The position numbers and the translations under genes are program-made. Shown one piece after another: positions 61,821 to 64,000 of a DNA stretch of 64,000 bases. Origin of the DNA: Pseudogymnoascus verrucosus (Eukaryota); the NCBI GenBank assembly GCA_001662655.1, contig KV460219.1, one strand, 5' to 3'. How positions within the stretch are numbered: position 1 is the first letter of the stretch; every line of letters starts with the position of its first letter. The notes below the pieces were generated by a model that saw only the letters and a list, made by a program, of their open reading frames with translations, was not told where the DNA came from and did no database searches.

Positions 61821-64000
61821 TGTAGAGCTGAGGAGAGAACCGGTTCTTTCGTAATGTAAGAAGTAGTAATATGTGTTACTGTAGAGCCACCTAAATGTGT
61901 TAGGGGGATCTAAACCATCTTATATATGCTTTTTACAGTTCCATATAGAAGCACTGGGGTGTTATAGTAGTATGCACACAGAGTAGCATTCATAGGATTG
62001 TACGTAACGGTTGTATATAGAGCGCAAAGGCGTTTAAATTGATGTCAGAAGTAACCTTGCTATTTTAGAGTTTTAGGGCGGCTTGGTAGGACGCGGAATT
62101 AAGAAACGGCCCGACGAAGAAGATTAACAAGTTGGCCTTCGTCTAGGGGGTCAGTTAGCCGTCGTAGATTCTTTAAGTGGGTTCCTGAAATACCTTAATA
62201 TATAACATGACTGTGATATGGCTTAGTTATCAAACAAGTAGAGGCTCATGTGACTACATAATGGCCTTCCAAAATGATATTTCCTGACAGCATCTACATG
62301 GGACAGCTTGCCATAACATTTCCTAAAATCTAATTTGACCGCATCTTTACTATCTAGCTCGTTGAAGATTATGTTTCTCAAATCACCGAGCCCGAGGGCA
62401 GTAAACCAATTGTCTTAACGTTACCTGTAGGATGGTATATAGAGTGTGGTGTTCGCTCTCTATACCGTAGATTAGAATGTAACAGTTGTGGAACGTAACG
62501 GTCGCATAGCGTCTAGTCAAGGTACGTAAAGTCTTGGAATGTGGGGAAATAAGATTAGCTTAAATTTGACGTGGGAGACATATGGCAGTTGGTTGGCTTA
62601 AAAGATGGAAAGTAAGCATGTTTCGATTAGGTTACTGTAGGATCACAAACGTTGTAATATGGGAAAGACCGTGCCCAAGTATGAAACGTGGGGGTTCCTG
62701 GTAGAGACCTTGTGGGTATGGGGTGCAGGCCTCATCGCAAACTTAGGAAGGTGAGTCTATCCATTTGGCAGGAGGGTAGACATGCAGATCTTTAAACTAC
62801 TAATTAGTTGCAGCGTCCCCAAATCGTGGATTCGACTGTGGTTCAAAGCCCGTGTCTCGTTGGCGCCTCTGCCTATGAGACTTGACAGTGGTAATAAGCT
62901 GATAGAGATAAATAGCCTACTGTTTTAGAAATGACGGCGTACCGATTGATCGCTACCCCATGATACCGGTAATGACAGTGGCGTCAACTTAATATTCTGC
63001 TCCAAAGAGCCACCGTGCGTAAGTAAACTTCCTACTGCCACGTAAATATAACACCCCGCCTTTGACCGGCTTCGCCGGCTTGGCGGCGCTTTCTCTGTCA
63101 CAGACCCCCCAATTTGTCGATGTATAAATCGCTCACATACTTTTTGTTCTGGCCCCAACCTTGAGCTGTGCCTATTCATGAGCTGGCGGGAAATTATATA
63201 TCTATTATACACAACATGTTGGCGATTTCGCGACTGTTTACGGCTCCATATAGCGTTTCCGTTTTGGTACCTACTCTATCTATTCTAACTTTTATCCAAC
63301 ATAGATTCAGCTTACTGTCTTAAAGACAACTGCAATCATAATTGCGAGACCCCGAAATGTAATGGCTTATTTCCAAGGTAGAAATAACTGGAAAATGTAA
63401 CTTATTTCGTAACCTCCTACAGCAGAAAATGGATATCATCCCTCCATTTCGCACTGCACTCATTACTCTCTTTGGGTGCCCTTATATTATTCGCTCTGTC
63501 CTCAACTCAGTACTTTCAAGCAATCTGTTGGCTTACTTCGCTTTACCGTCTTTTGTCAACTGCCTTTACCTTTCAGCCCAGTCGATATGTTGGCCTGCCA
63601 GTCGATCGGTCCTATCCCCATTCATCATCACCAAAAGTCGCAATGGGCTACTGCGCCAAGGAAGCCTTTGAAGAGGCTTCCTGTCGGGAGACCCACGAAC
63701 ATACGACACCATGTCAAAACATAACCCCTCTTCCCCCCTCGTTGGAAAGTATTCTTGAGTTACAATAGCATACAAATTTAGCGGTTTCAAAATCTTTCTG
63801 CTCAAGTCTTTAGGTGCTTCTAAGCCTCATCATTATGTTCCATTTCTCGTTATTTCTACACACTTCCTCTGCGTCCTCTTCGCCACACATACCTCGCTGT
63901 ATATCAGCACCTATTTACCGAATATCAAAACTTAACCCACCCACACTTCTAAAGTAAGTATCGCTGGCAGTTGCTGGAGACAGATCAGGATGCTCGAATA

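Noticed and set aside
63699..63716. ACATACGAC resembling the start of ascomycete 5S rRNA
   Set aside because: Similarity ends after about 9 nt, with no internal control region or complementary 3' end.
62925..63805. Several 80-100 aa ORFs at the right end
   Set aside because: They overlap on both strands, contain no recognisable motifs and show no convincing splice structure.
1..64000. Secondary-metabolite cluster, Starship/transposon or CRISPR array
   Set aside because: No PKS/NRPS/terpene synthase, tyrosine recombinase, transposase, LTR or regular repeat-spacer pattern was seen; the DNA is eukaryotic.

Overview
Gene-dense, intron-containing eukaryotic DNA from a filamentous ascomycete, with short GT..AG introns and CTRAC/CTAAT branch points. 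The species cannot be fixed from the sequence. I can support 25 protein-coding genes, one pseudogene and one intron-containing tRNA-Asn(GTT). Conserved genes are a Tea4/Bud14/TeaC-like SH3 protein (runs off the left edge), PalH/Rim21, thioredoxin reductase, SEA2/RTC1 (WDR24), an OPT transporter and a Bre4-like transporter. Accessory genes include two paralogous GNATs, a metaxin/FAX-like GST, a TLC-domain protein, a carotenoid cleavage oxygenase beside a Zn2Cys6 factor, a kinesin-13-like motor, two F-box-like proteins and several secreted proteins (carboxylesterase, purple acid phosphatase, AA11 LPMO, small Cys-rich protein). The most notable signals are five. (1) A compact HET / F-box / HeLo-pseudokinase triad at 48.6-55.0 kb looks like a regulated cell-death module. 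(2) An intact USP7/Ubp15 paralog has lost both its catalytic Cys and His. (3) A chimeric gene joins a HeLo/SesA-like domain, a ubiquitin-like domain and a SANT domain. (4) TRR1 has a probable CUG-initiated mitochondrial presequence. (5) The tea4-like gene has a 501-nt in-frame exitron-like segment. No transposase, rRNA or CRISPR array was seen. All family calls come from motif recognition by eye, not database searches.
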